Assembly (NCBI RefSeq): GCF_009914755.1
Contig: NC_060947.1
DNA: 64,000 nucleotides
Origin: the human T2T-CHM13v2.0 reference genome, Homo sapiens
Strand: one strand, 5' to 3'
In this document: piece after piece, positions 14,993 to 31,855 of the stretch
Layout of the letters: every line of letters begins with the position of its first letter
Numbering within the stretch: the first letter of the stretch is position 1
Notes under the pieces: model-generated
What the model saw: only the letters and a program-made list of their open reading frames with translations
Databases searched by the model: none
Told to the model about the DNA's origin: nothing
Made by a program: the position numbers and the translations under genes

Positions 14993-15359
14993 TCATTCAT
15001 TCACAAACTCTCTAATTGGCTTATATGAACTGGTGCCTGGTATTGTACTACAGAGACCCATTTATTTAGAAAGAATTTAGTAAATACTTGCCATGTATAA
15101 AGCCTTGTACCAAACTCCAATGGCAAAATCTGTGTTCTCACCACAGTGAATAATTGAGGCTGTTATCCAGACGTTTGAGATGTAACTTTTGTATTAACTT
15201 GAATTATCTCTATCCATGGTTCTCTATTGAGGGTAGGTGGGTGGTAGAGGTGGGAGGCAGGGAATCCATATAAGTGCTCTACAAATTCATATGCAAATTG
15301 ACTAAACAGTATATCTCATTTTCATATGTAAATGTATTATGAATTCATAGTAGCTTCTT

Positions 15360-16420
<1,061 letters not shown>

Positions 16421-16578
16421 TGCATAGTAGCTCTTTGTTGCATACTTTCTTACTATTCTCTGTGTGTAGGAGAGCAGGAGGTGGTTCCATAAAATATCCT
16501 CGCATTCAAAATGTATTCTCAAATTCCAAAGTTTGATAACCTCTAATTTAGATACATTTTTAAAAATCTCTCCACATT

Positions 16579-16904
16579 GGCCGGGTGCAGTGGCTCATGC
16601 CTGTAATCCCAGCATTTTGGGAGGCCAAGTTGGGTGGAGCACCTGAGGTCAGGAGTTCGAGACCAGCCTGGCCAACATGGTGAAACCCTGTGTCTATTAA
16701 AAATACAAAATCAGCTGGGCATGCTGGTGCATGCCTATAACCCCAGCTACTTAGGAGGCTGAGGCAGGAGAATCCGTTACAACCCGGGCGGCAGAGGTTG
16801 CAGTGAGCTGAGAACACGCCATTGCACTCCAGCCTGGACGATAGAGCAAGACTCTGTCACAAAAACAAACAAACAAACAAAAACAACAACAACAACAAAA
16901 AACA
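16579..16904 (+). mobile_element. AluSx-like
   Basis: Dimeric Alu with (AAAC)n tail. TSD CTCTC(C/T)ACATTG. Confidence 0.94.
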
Positions 16905-17909
16905 ACTCTCTACATTGCACGTTTAGAAACATTTTATATATCCCTCATAGTAATATTGTGAAGTATTATTATCCTTATATGAGGAAACTGAGACTCTGAG
17001 AAGTTAAATAACTTACAGAAATAGATGCCCATATTCAGTTTGTCCAGTTCCCAATTCTCAGAGAACTTTCCTCAACATTCTCCTAACTACCTTTCTGGAC
17101 ATGGACTGTTCAGAAAGCAAGACATAGGCCTTGGAGGAAAGCAAGACATAGGCCTTTTTGTTTGTTTGTTTTAAACCTTCATGCATCTGTTCTCCCTGCC
17201 ATGGCCCTACCTGTCTACCACGGTTTTATTCTTTACTCTCTGTCTATGTCAAATTCTCTTCTATTTTGATTGAGCCTTTCCTATGGTGGAAACATTAGGG
17301 AATATGAGAAATTGAAAAACAGAGACGGAAGTAATTCTGAATCGTAATGCCATGACATAGCTGCATACCATGTACATTTACATACATCTACACCCACAAA
17401 CACACGAATTCACATGTATACATATAAAGGTGTGTATACGTGTATGTGAGAGAGAGAAGTGTGAAAGTCTTTATCTTTTTATTTGGTACTCTCGCTGCTG
17501 GGAGTAGGCTTAAGTGGCAAGTAATACAGACCATTTCCTTGAAAAATCTTGCAGTTTGCTTCTTCTCTCCTTAGTGCTCCACAGAGAGCATAATAATGAT
17601 GGTCTCATTGGGAGGAGGGCTCCAAAGGAGGTTGCTCACTCTTAGGCCACACTCTCAGGGCTGCTCCATGTGGTAGGGGTAGTAGAGGTAAGTTAAAATC
17701 TGGGTCCATAAGCACAAATACCAAAAATGGATCTCTTGCTTTTTATGAACTATAAAATAAAGTGCTCTCCAGCAGGGAAAGGCCCCCTCAGCAATGCTTG
17801 GTTGGCATTTATACCCTTTAGATAGGAGTTGGAACTGTGGAGGCCACTGAGCCAGAGCTGCTCAGACTGTGCTCAGATTGACTCAACTGAACATGCAGTG
17901 ACAGAGCCT

Positions 17910-18160
17910 GCTATTTATTCATTTATTCATTTGATCTTTTTTTTCTTTCATTTATTCTTCCAATGAAACTTTTATTGACTCTGCTTTGGTTCCAGATTTT
18001 GAGCTAGGAGCTGGAGATACAGAGAAGAATGAGGAACATCACTGCCCCAGGGGAGATTGCAATGGAGTGGCATGGAGGAGATAGGCAGGAAAACAGATAA
18101 TTACAGTGGGGAGACCTAAGTGCTCCAAGTGGCAACTGCTAGATACCTTGGGAGCACAGA
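17910..18160 (-). mobile_element. L2 3' end
   Basis: ATTCATTTATTCATT...CTAGGAGCTGGAGATACAG, an antisense L2 terminus. Confidence 0.7.
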
Positions 18161-18349
18161 CAATGGAGAGGGCAGGGTGGATGGCTTAGTGGGAATTCCT
18201 CCTGGATGATCAGCCCTGGAGCTCAGCGCAGGGGTCTACATGGAAAGAAAGTAACCACATTGGCAACTATTCATTAGTAACACTTAACTGAACACCTAGC
18301 AGGACCCAGAGCATGTTATAACATAATAATGATGGTAAGAAAATTTTAA

Positions 18350-18736
<387 letters not shown>

Positions 18737-18933
18737 TAGAGCAGTTTTAGGTTCACAGCAAAATTGAGCAAAAGGAAGAGATCTCATATATCCCATGCCA
18801 GACACATGCATAACTTCCTTCACTTTCAACATCCTCCACTACAGTGGTACATTTGCTATGATCCATGCGCTGACTTTGACTTACTATTGTCATCCATAGT
18901 CTGTAGTTTACATTAAGGTTTACTCTTGGTATA

Positions 18934-19658
<725 letters not shown>

Positions 19659-20044
19659 GTGTGGTACATTCTATGAATTTGAACAAATGCATAATGGCAT
19701 GTATCCACCATTACAGTATTATACAGAGTAGTTTCACTTAAAAAACCTCTGTGCTCTGCGTAGGTATTTTTAATATATTAAGTAATTTAATTATCATACC
19801 AACCTTTTGAGGTAGAGACAGCTATTACCATTTTTCAGATGGGAAAAGTGACAGACAGGGGTACAAAGAGAGCAAGAAACCTGCCCAATCAAGTATTCTG
19901 ACTCTAAAGCCTTAGCACAGCTAATTTCATTTCTATCACTCTATAAATCTTTGTCTGCTTATTTATAGTTTATGCAATTATAATCATGCTGAAATAATGT
20001 GCTCTTTTCATGTAATATATCAACAGAATTTTAAAATAAATTAA

Positions 20045-20423
<379 letters not shown>

Positions 20424-21351
20424 TAAATGCACAGAGTGCATAATGATCATGTAAGGGTATTTAGAACATCCATGACCTCAAGAATTTAGCATTTCTATGT
20501 TTTGAGAACATTCCAAGTCCTCTCTTTTAGCTAGTTTGAAATATCCAATACATGCTTTAAAAATTATAGTTACCCTATTCTGCTATGGAACATTAGAACT
20601 TACTTCTTCTCCCTAACTATATGTTTGTACTCATTATCCAACCTCTTCATTGCCCTTCCAACTCACACACCCTTCCCAGCCTCTGGTATCTATCATTCTA
20701 CTCTTTACCTCCATGTGATCCATTTTTTAGCTCCTACATATGAGTGAGAACATGTGATACTTGTCTTTCTGTGCCTGACTCATTTCACTTAACATATTGA
20801 CCTTCAGTTCCATCTATATCACTGCAAGTAACAGGATTTCATTCTTTTTTACGGCCAAATAGTATTCCATTGCATATGTATTTACCACATTTTCTTTATC
20901 CATTTATCCATTGATGGACACTTAAATTTATTCTGTATCTTGGCTATTGTGAATAGGGCTGTGATAAACATAGGAGTGCAAGTATCCCTTTGATACAATG
21001 ATTTCCTTTCCTTTGAGTAAACATCCAGTAGTGGGATTGCTGGATCATATGGTAGTTCTAGTTTTAGTTTTCTATGAAATCTCCATATTGTTTTCCATAG
21101 TGGCTGTACTAATTTACATTCTTACCAAAAATGCATAACAATTTCCTTTTTTCTGCATCCTAGCCAGTATCTGTTATTTTTTGTCTTTTTGATAATAGCC
21201 ATTCCAACTGGGGTAGGATAACTCATTGTGGTTTTGATTTGCATTTCCCTGATGATTAGTGACATTGAACATTTTTTCATATACTTCCTGGACATTTGTA
21301 TGGCTTTATTTAAGAAATGTCTATTCAGATCCTTTGCCTACTTTTTAATGG

Positions 21352-21353
21352 TT

Positions 21354-21445
<92 letters not shown>

Positions 21446-21467
21446 TTTTCTTTCTCTTTCTCTCTCC

Positions 21468-21547
<80 letters not shown>

Positions 21548-21556
21548 CTTTTCTTT
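21352..21556. repeat. Compound (TTTC)n/(TC)n microsatellite, ~200 bp
   Basis: Direct observation. Confidence 0.97.
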
Positions 21557-22001
21557 TGTAACTGTTGAGTTGTTTGGGTTCCTTGTATATTCTGGGTATC
21601 AGTCACTTGTCAGATGAATAGTTTGCAAATATCTTCTCCTATTCAACAGGTTGTCTCTTCCCTCTGTTAATTGTTTCCTTTGCTGAGCCGAAGCGTTTTA
21701 GTTTAATATGGTCCCATTTGTCTATTCCTGTTTTAGTTGCTTGTGCTTTTAAGGTCTTAGTCATAAAATCTTTGCCTAGACCAATGTCCTGAAGTATTTC
21801 TCCAATATTTTCTTTTAGTAGTTTTGGATCTTACATATAAGTCTTTAATTCATCTTCAGTTGATTTTTGTATATGGTGAGAGATAGAGATTCCGTTTCAT
21901 TCCTCTGCACATGGATATACAGTTTTTCCAGCACCATTTACTAAAGAGGAAGTCCTTTTCCCCATGTATCTTCGTGGTGTCTCTGTTAAAAATCAATTAG
22001 C

Positions 22002-22665
<664 letters not shown>

Positions 22666-23249
22666 ACAATTAGCTGTAAACGTGAAGTGAATTTATTTCT
22701 CGGTTCTCTATTCTGTGCCATAGATCTATGTGTCTATTTTCACCATGCTGTTTTTATTATAATAGCCTTCTAGCATATTTTGAAATCAGATAATATGATG
22801 CCTCCATCTTTATTCTTTTTGCTTAGGAGAGCTTTGGCTATTCAGGCTTATTTTTGGTTCCATACAAATTTTAGGATTTTTTTTTCTATTTCGCAACAGC
22901 ATTTTTTATGTTTCTACATGAAGTACATAATACATTTAACTTTTTCAAAATTATTAAAGAATAAACATGTTAGAAAATATGTAAAACAAAAAAAGAAATA
23001 CAATTTAAAATACCCTATAATCTTGGCTTCTATACACTACTTAAAGCATTAATATGTTTAATACTTTTTTTAGTGTTTTTTCCTTTGCTCACATTAAAAA
23101 TTTTTTTTTTTTGCTATTGGACATTATGTTGTTGTTTTACAGGAAAGAGTGTGGAATCTGTTATTTGGTTCCCTTGCTTTGCTCAGTTCTGAACACATTG
23201 TAGAGTCTGAGTGAGCCTTGAAAGTCCCCATTCACCTTGCTCTTTTGCT

Positions 23250-23370
23250 TTTTGATTGGACTGGAAGCTCCATGAGACAATGGCCTTACTGGTTTTGCTC
23301 ACTACTTTTTCCCCAGAAGGAAACATTGCCTGACACATACACAGTAGGTGCTCAATAAATATCTAGTCTC
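23250..23370 (+). mobile_element. L2 3' end
   Basis: GACTGGAAGCTCCATGAG...TGCCTGACACATACACAGTAGGTGCTCAATAAATAT. Confidence 0.75.
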
Positions 23371-23929
23371 TCAGCTTTCTTTCTTGTCCCAGATTTACAT
23401 ACAGAAATAAGATTGTTGTCTGTAAAATTTAAATCAAATTGTGTGCTGTCCTTGTAGGCCTTGGTAGAGATTTAACTTTATTTTTAATTTTAACTTTATT
23501 TTTACCTTGAGAAAAGTTGGTGAGGGAGGAATTCAGAAACATATGCGGTAGGCTTTGCTTTGTACAGGAGGGGCATTTCCTCAGTTGTTGCAAGAGGAAA
23601 ATATGGGGGCAGGTGTAGTTCTGTTTTTAGGTTTGTAATAGAAAGAGAAGTCATTTTTGTTTGATGACTTCTATTTTGTCAATGAGTTAAGTAGCAAGGT
23701 TACAGCTGAGGGGGGTAGGATGTAGGAATAGGCATGAAATAGTCGTCTTGAAAAGTAAGAAGGAGATATTTCTAAAGTGATACGGTAGGGTTTCTGGGCA
23801 ATGTTTGAGGGGTCATTAGAGGTCTTAGATCAGGAATTTTGAAGAAAACTTGTTGCCCAGAGTAGGGGGGATTCTCTGTCCTAAGATACTTTTAGTTATT
23901 TTTCTGTCCATTGCTCTCAAAGGAACTTT

Positions 23930-24099
23930 TTGTTTTAAACCTAAGGCCTGGTGTCCTTGAAGCTACTTCAGGTGATCCAAAAATCCCCTGAACTTACATG
24001 CAAAAAATTATGCATATGTGTATTTTCCAGAGAATGGGTCCTTAGCTCTCATTAGATTATCAAAGAAGTGTCTGACCCCCAAAAGTTTAAGAACCACTG
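23930..24099 (+). mobile_element. hAT-Charlie MITE (MER117-like), copy 1
   Basis: ...CCCCTGAACTTACATGCAAAA...GGGTCCTTAGCTCTCATTAGATT...TTAAGAACCACTG, a hAT-type terminus. Family name recalled and less certain. Confidence 0.6.
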
Positions 24100-24492
24100 T
24101 TGAAATGCTTGCCCTCCTAATTAGTACAGCCCTTTAGGACTGCACCACAGTCGCTCTCCTTCCTAGCCAGTATTCTCACTGGCCCGTGAATTACCTAATA
24201 TGGAGGCGTGTTAGGTAACTCAGCAACTAAACCCCTAGTATGAACTTCAGGTAACCCTACCTAATGTGGTCTTTTCACACCACCAACTCTGCCTCTCTTA
24301 CCCCCAGCCATTCACCACAATGACTACAGAGAGAGGAGACAGTGTCATTGCTTAACAATGCAACGAACACTGTCACTACAAGTAAGGCTATTCCTGCCTT
24401 TATTTAATACCCCTCTTATTAGTACACATTGATGCTGTTTCTCATCCTTGGATATGCTAGTTCAAAGAGGGTGTGCATATAAAGAAATTTCC

Positions 24493-24854
<362 letters not shown>

Positions 24855-24984
24855 TCAGTGGCATGTGGACTTGCTTGTTTCTCCACACTGGGAATTATTG
24901 TGCCTTTTATCGCTATTACCAATCTGATAGTTGAAAATAGTACATTGTTGTCTTAAGTTGGCACTTGTTTAAAGTATGTCACCA

Positions 24985-25162
24985 CAGGGATTTTTAACCT
25001 GGAGTTCTTAGATGGGCTGGGAACTCCCGGAAATGGCATGCAAATTGTTCTTTGTGTTTCTGTGCATTCTTTAGGGGTGAGAGAAAGGGTGAGAAGGGTT
25101 GAGAAGGGTTCTGTAGCCTTCCTCAGATTTTCCAAGGGAGTCTAAGCCTCCAAAATATTACA
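24985..25162 (+). mobile_element. hAT-Charlie MITE (MER117-like), copy 2
   Basis: CAGGGATTTTTAACCTGG...GATGGGCT...ATGCAAATT...TCAGATTTTCCAAGGG. Confidence 0.55.
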
Positions 25163-25290
25163 AAACAAAACTGGAAAGGTTTTATAGCAAATTACTAATG
25201 AAAAGTAGGTAAGCAATAAATAACTAACTTGGGAAAGTTATAAAATGCAGCAATCACGTAAGATGCCCATGGTCCCCAACTATAATTCTT

Positions 25291-25387
25291 TTTTTTTTTT
25301 TTTAATCAATGTTGACCAGGTTGGCCTCGAATATGTAGCCTCGCCTCCCCGAGTCCCAGGGCAACCGGCCTGAGCCACGGCGGCTCC
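25291..25387 (-). pseudogene. Retrocopy of an Alu/snaR-related small RNA (ASR/CAS lineage)
   Basis: Minus strand reads GGAGCCGCCGTGGCTCAGGCCGGTTGCCCTGGGACTCGGGGAGGCGAGGCTACATATTCGAGGCCAACCTGGTCAACATTGATT plus poly-A. It shares the GGAGCC..GTGGCTCAGGCCGGTTGC and TTCGAGGCCA.CCTGGTC.ACAT blocks with recalled snaR. 16-bp TSD CCCAACTATAATTCTT. Confidence 0.82.
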
Positions 25388-25417
25388 CCCAACTATAATT
25401 CTTGATACCCTTTTTTA

Positions 25418-26179
<762 letters not shown>

Positions 26180-26270
26180 TCTTTGTCACTTTTGACACCT
26201 GAAATTCTCAGCCTCTCCTAGTTTCCTTCCTCTGGGATGCTCCTGCTCTCTGGCACATAGTCTGGAAAAA

Positions 26271-26573
<303 letters not shown>

Positions 26574-27459
26574 TGAATGAGCTCTGTGGACCAGTCCATT
26601 GCTCCCTCATCTAAGTGGTTGAGTTAATCCTGATTCCTTTCTCAAAGCTCTCCTCTTGTTCTTAGAGAAAGGCCATTCTAGCACTTTACTTCCACAGGGT
26701 TCCCGAGGAGGTACCTTTGTGGGAAGCAGGATGTGCAAATCTGTTTTTCTGAGGGGGTCTTGGCGCCTTTTAAGAAGCTGCCAGCCAGAAAGCTTTGAAT
26801 TTTATCTTTAAATTTCATGTAATTATTGCATTGTATTCCCTAGAATATTTTTGCATGTCTTAAAGTTAAAAAAAAAATCTTACCAAAATATTGGTTTAAA
26901 ATGGACATTTGGGGAAGTTGTCTTATATTTGTCAGTGAATCCAAAGATCCCTCAGTTGGGTTCAAGTGTGCCTGATTTTCTCTGTGTTTACTTTAAAAGT
27001 GTTAGGTACATATAAACTTAAAATAAAGCATGTTTGCAGGGCTGACTTTTCAGTTTCTTTCATTTTGTAGGATTTTCTTTCTCAGAAAATTCTACTTTGG
27101 ATCAAAAGAAGCTATGAATTCTATTTTCCAAAGATCTTCCATTTTGCAGAACACGATTTTAACCATCCGAAATGTCGTTAGTTGAAATTATTTTTTTCAA
27201 TATCTCAATTCAACTACCAAATGCCATTCTGTGTTCAGAAATGGTGTCTCTTCTGCCATCTTGGAGGAAGTGCGTGGTTTGCCTTCTGTTCACTATTACC
27301 CTTCTAATTTTATCTCTATCCATGAGGTAGGTGATACAACCCTGAAGACACAATGCCTATATGGGCTAAGGAAATTGAAGTAGAGGATTTGTCCCAGGAC
27401 ATCGGTGATAAAGTGGGACAAGAAAGTTAATCTTCTGATACCCATTATCTTTTTGTGAG

Positions 27460-27670
27460 GGAATGTTGTGTAGCATTGAGAATTCCTATGTGATGATAGG
27501 CCTTGGTTCTACCACTTACTAACTGGGAGGCTTGTTGCGAGGTACATCACTTCTGTATACCTCAGTTTTCTCATCTATAAAATGGAGATAGTAATATTTA
27601 CTTTGCAGGGTGGTGGTAAGGACTAAAGGAGATAATATCTGTAAAGTGTCTGGTATATAGTAGGTAAAAT
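27460..27670 (+). mobile_element. MIR
   Basis: CCTCAGTTTTCTCATCTATAAAATGGAGATAGTAATA core. Confidence 0.8.
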
Positions 27671-27774
27671 GTAGAGATTAATTAACCTATCCTTCCATGC
27701 TTCTTGGAAAAGTTCTTTGTGGAGAGAAATAAGTCTTATGAAGATTCTATTGCGAACTTTATTTTGGCAATTCA

Positions 27775-27910
27775 ATCATAGAATCTAAGATTCTCTGGAA
27801 CTGGAAGAGCACTTAGAGATTGACTAGTTTAATTAACTTGTGTTACAGAGGCAGAAACAGGCTGAGAGAGGGTGATGACATGCTCAGGGTCACAAGGTGA
27901 TGTAGAATCC
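27775..27910 (-). mobile_element. MIR3/MIR fragment
   Basis: TCATAGAATCTAAG...GAACTGGAAG...TTACAGAGGCAGAAACAGGC...GTGATGACATGCTCAGGGTCACA. Confidence 0.65.
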
Positions 27911-30533
27911 CCGGTAAAGACACTTATACTTAAGAGGGGAATATGTATTTTCAGGAACCTTTGTTTCAAAAGATGTATTAAAAAGAAGTCTTTCAAAGTA
28001 AAAATGCTTTGTGCCCTAAAATAGGAATCCCCATGTCTAAAGTTCATTTGATAATGGATATAAATCAGTTATATTTAAAATGGTACCAAAGTAAAGTAAA
28101 ACAGGTGGGTTTCTTTAAAATTAAAAGGTCATATGCATTTTAAAAATACAATGATGTGCAGATAATGAACATGTTAGCATATATAGCCATTAAAATGTAA
28201 ATCACCTTGCTAATCTCCCTCACAATTGAAAAAATAAATAGACTATCAAAATATTTAGGGGAATATCAGATGAAATTTTACTTAAATTTTTTCTTCCAGA
28301 CTTTTTATTCTTCACCCAAGATTACTTTGGTCTATCTAACCATAAGAAGAAAAATAAGCTTAATACATAGATAAATGCTTGTCTTCCTAACACTACAAAA
28401 GAAACATTTGTTCTCCCAGATAACTCTTAAGTAAACTGCTGTCAAAACAATTAGTGTTATTTTTCTATTATCTTCCTATTTGAGAGTAAATAACCATTTC
28501 ATGAATATGTTAATTATCTGGTAGGTGGAAAAGATAAGAAGGGCTCTATATCTCCAGAAGCAATGATAAATCATCAATTGTATACAAAAACACAAGAAAG
28601 GGTTATAAGCGGGATAGTCATATGTCTACATTTCACCTAGCCAAAGTAAAATCAGTTCAGTTTTGATAGTTGAAAGAGAACCAGGAAAAAAGTGACAATA
28701 TTTTGATAGAATGAACCACGAATAAGCCTTCATTTGTGCACTGTGGCTGCAATGAGACTGTCTTCTATCTCACCAAGTATTCAATAGTTTTATTGCTAAG
28801 AAAGCTATTTGATTTTCACAAAATTTAGAACACACGTTTTGGGATTGTGTTAATTGTCACTGTAAAGAATTGGAGAAGTGAAGATAAACCCTTGAGTATG
28901 TTCCTCTCACTTAGAAAAGCCTAGTTTATGTTACAAGTACTGAACAGAGATTTTTCTCTTATAAAATCACTTTTTAAAATATATGATCGTGCTTACTTTA
29001 AGCTTCATCTACCTTTAGTAATCATGCCCAACTTTTGGCAGCTTTGAATGTGCCTTTTGAAATCTCCGGCACAGAATTCTTCACCATCCGCAGTGGTTAA
29101 ATGTTTTGCTGAAAGGGAACACATTTTGAAGGGGGAGAGGAGGTGGGGGTGGGGAGAAAACGCAGAAAAGTGCTTTCTCTTCCTATTTTGAAGGGGCAAG
29201 ATGTATTTTTCCATATTAAATATTTTGAAAAAGTTGAATGCAGCATTGTGCCAGATAATTAAAATGTAAATTTCAGTATCTATGCTTGCTTTGTGATTTT
29301 TTTAATACATTTAAGTTAGTTGTCTTTTAAAACATGTGGTCAGCTGTTGTATTCACATATGGTCAAATGATCAAAGTCTGAACTCCTCTCTAATTGTCCC
29401 CCCGCTGCTCGTCTGCTCTGTCCGTGATCAAGGCCTCAGCAGGTGATGAGAAAGGCATGAGAACAAGCTGGAAGGAGAATGAGGCACCGAGAGGCCCAAG
29501 CTGAAAGAAATAAAGACTTCCAGTACATCACCCTGACAGTAAAGAGCAAAGGAAAAGTGACGTCTGGTTAGTAGTGCTTATATATTTTTTTGTTCGCCAA
29601 TCTGCATACATTTTTTCCCTAGCTAAATGCAAATGGAGCCGAGCCTGCTGGCAGAGATGGAGCCCCACACATCAGCGCCACCGACGAAGTGTTGCATTTG
29701 TTTACTTGCCTTGGGAAGAAGCTGCTAAGTCCCACAGTTTATAGTATTTCACATGTTTGTGGAAATCATTGCAATTCTTTTCACTTCTGCTTGTCATTGT
29801 TTGCCTAGAGTTCACTTTGCCAGATGGCGCTTTATTGTCACTAGTGGTTACACCTCGCTATTGGATCAGTTCAAGACCAAATGGTGTGAAGAGCTTTCAT
29901 ACTTAGAGGATTTAGTCAAACATTCATTCTCTGCTATTCAGACTGCTTGAGCACTAATTCATAAATGAGCCGGCTGACCTAGGAATGAAGGGAAGAGAAA
30001 ATGGCCCAGGTCTTTTTTCACCGTAAATTATTAATTTGCCTTCTATTTACAGTCCAAATTGGGATGAATCATAATTAAGCAGGAGTACCTTGCAAAAACA
30101 TAAATAAGATGCTAGGGGAGGGGCTGGGACAGAAAACAAGACATTGCATTATGTGAATACTGCCAGAGCTTAAGGGTGGGGGAGTTGCTAGTCCGCACGA
30201 AAATACAACCCATTATTTTCCCACAAGTCCTATTTCCTGATGGTCTCTGGTCCCTTATCAATAAGCCAGTTCTATCAGCAAATGCCACAAATGATCACAT
30301 CAAACATTTTTTTGAATGTGTATTTTTTAGTGAAAGTTGTCAGATGTGAAATGTTTTCAAATATGAACACATCTTCAAAGCTGAGAAGGAACTTCTAAAA
30401 TCCAAGCTATTCCATTTATCTTTTGTAATTATTAGTGGAGGTTTGGGAAGTCTGTCTGAACAAATTCTGGGTGAGTTCACTTTTCGGCTTTAGAAATTGG
30501 GTAATTTGGGGGCCTGAGATAAGCAGCTTCATA

Positions 30534-30534
<1 letters not shown>

Positions 30535-30567
<33 letters not shown>
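30535..30567. repeat. (TG)n microsatellite
   Basis: Direct observation. Confidence 0.95.
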
Positions 30568-30569
<2 letters not shown>

Positions 30570-30889
30570 AAAATTTATATGGTATTTGCCTTTTTTGAAA
30601 CAAATCTATTGATGCATCTCTTGGCTGCTGCCTCAAGCTATGGAACTTGTCTTCTTTATCAAATTTTTCAAACGACTGAAAAGATGGTGCAGTGAAACTA
30701 AAACAGGGAGAGCAAGGAAAGGGTTAAGCAAACAATGACTCAATTGCTCTGCCTAATGTTGTTTCTTATTAAATTTGAAGCCCTGTAGTTGTCGCCCTAG
30801 TTTTCTTTTTCCTTGGGATGGGAGTATAGCTTTACCTAACTATTCAAAGTCATGTTGAAAGGACAAAGAAAAGCGCCGAGGTGAAGAGG

Positions 30890-31085
30890 GAGGTTCTTTG
30901 GCAGAAGGCAGGTGCTAAGGGATTTGGAGGTTATTGTTGAAAAAATCCTTGAAGCCCTTGGTGCAATGCCTTGCTGTAGTAAGAAAGGCAAACAGGATAA
31001 TAGATTGTATCAACAGAGGGAGCGAACCCAAATCAAAAGACGTGATCTTGTTACTGTACGGACTGATATTGTCCCTCTACAAAGA
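30890..31085 (+). mobile_element. Ancient CR1-clade LINE ORF2 fragment
   Basis: Translation across one frameshift in the A-run at ~30940 gives RDLEVIVE/KSLKPLVQCLAVVRKANRIIDCINRGSEPKSKDVILLLY. This aligns to the recalled CR1 ORF2 motif (E)KDLGVLVD.KL.MSQQC.LAAKKAN.ILGCI.R...SRS.EVILPLY. Confidence 0.82.
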
Positions 31086-31699
31086 GCTGGTTGGCGCTAA
31101 TCAAACACTGCACTGCCAGCCTAATCACCTTGTCCTCAGAAGCCTATTGTCCTGAGTAAGGCCCAGTTCACAGAACAGCCGGGATGATACCCATTTTTCC
31201 ATTGAAGGAAAGGGAAAAAGAGGTGTAGGTTTTCTCCTTCATACATTTTTTTTTGCATTGAGGTACAATGCAAAATTATGTAATAATAGTATCCCTGGGT
31301 CCTGACCTAAACCCGGGGAAGCCACAGCAGAGGGGATTGCAGCTCTGCTTGGGAAGTAAGCACAGCTGGGAGGAACAAAGCACCAACTGGGGGTCCTCTG
31401 GTTTTTCCACACAACATTTCTGGACTTCAGCTCTTTGCTATGCTAAGTGGGCTGCCAAGTAATTGGACCTACCGTTATGGAGGGGAGGAGACAGAAAGCT
31501 GGAAGGGCATAGTGAGAAAACAGGAACTGCTAAGCTGGGGATTTGGGTGGGGGTGGAGGTGGGAGTGAGGGTGGGGGCGGAGGGCTGAGGACTTTGCTTT
31601 CAAGCAGCTCCTTGAAACCAAACAATGAAGTAGGGAGAGTTAGTTTTAATATTAAACCAGACATCTTGGCATTTTCCCTTTGCAAGTGGGATAAAACTG

Positions 31700-31855
31700 A
31701 GTAAATAGTCAGCGTCTGGAGTTAGGAGGACACTTTTGTGCACTTTGTTAAGTCACTTCTTAGGGCTTCCGGTTTCCTCATCTGAAAAATTGAGAAGGTG
31801 GTGGGGAGGGTGTTCCACTTCAAATCGAAATTCTCTTCTAGCCTAACATTCTGCG
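31700..31855 (+). mobile_element. MIR fragment
   Basis: TCTGGAGTTAGGAG...AAGTCACTT...GTTTCCTCATCTGAAAAAT. Confidence 0.6.

Noticed and set aside
21228-21617. ORFs of FFLS or KKER repeats resembling membrane or coiled-coil proteins
   Set aside because: They are translations of the (TTTC)n microsatellite.
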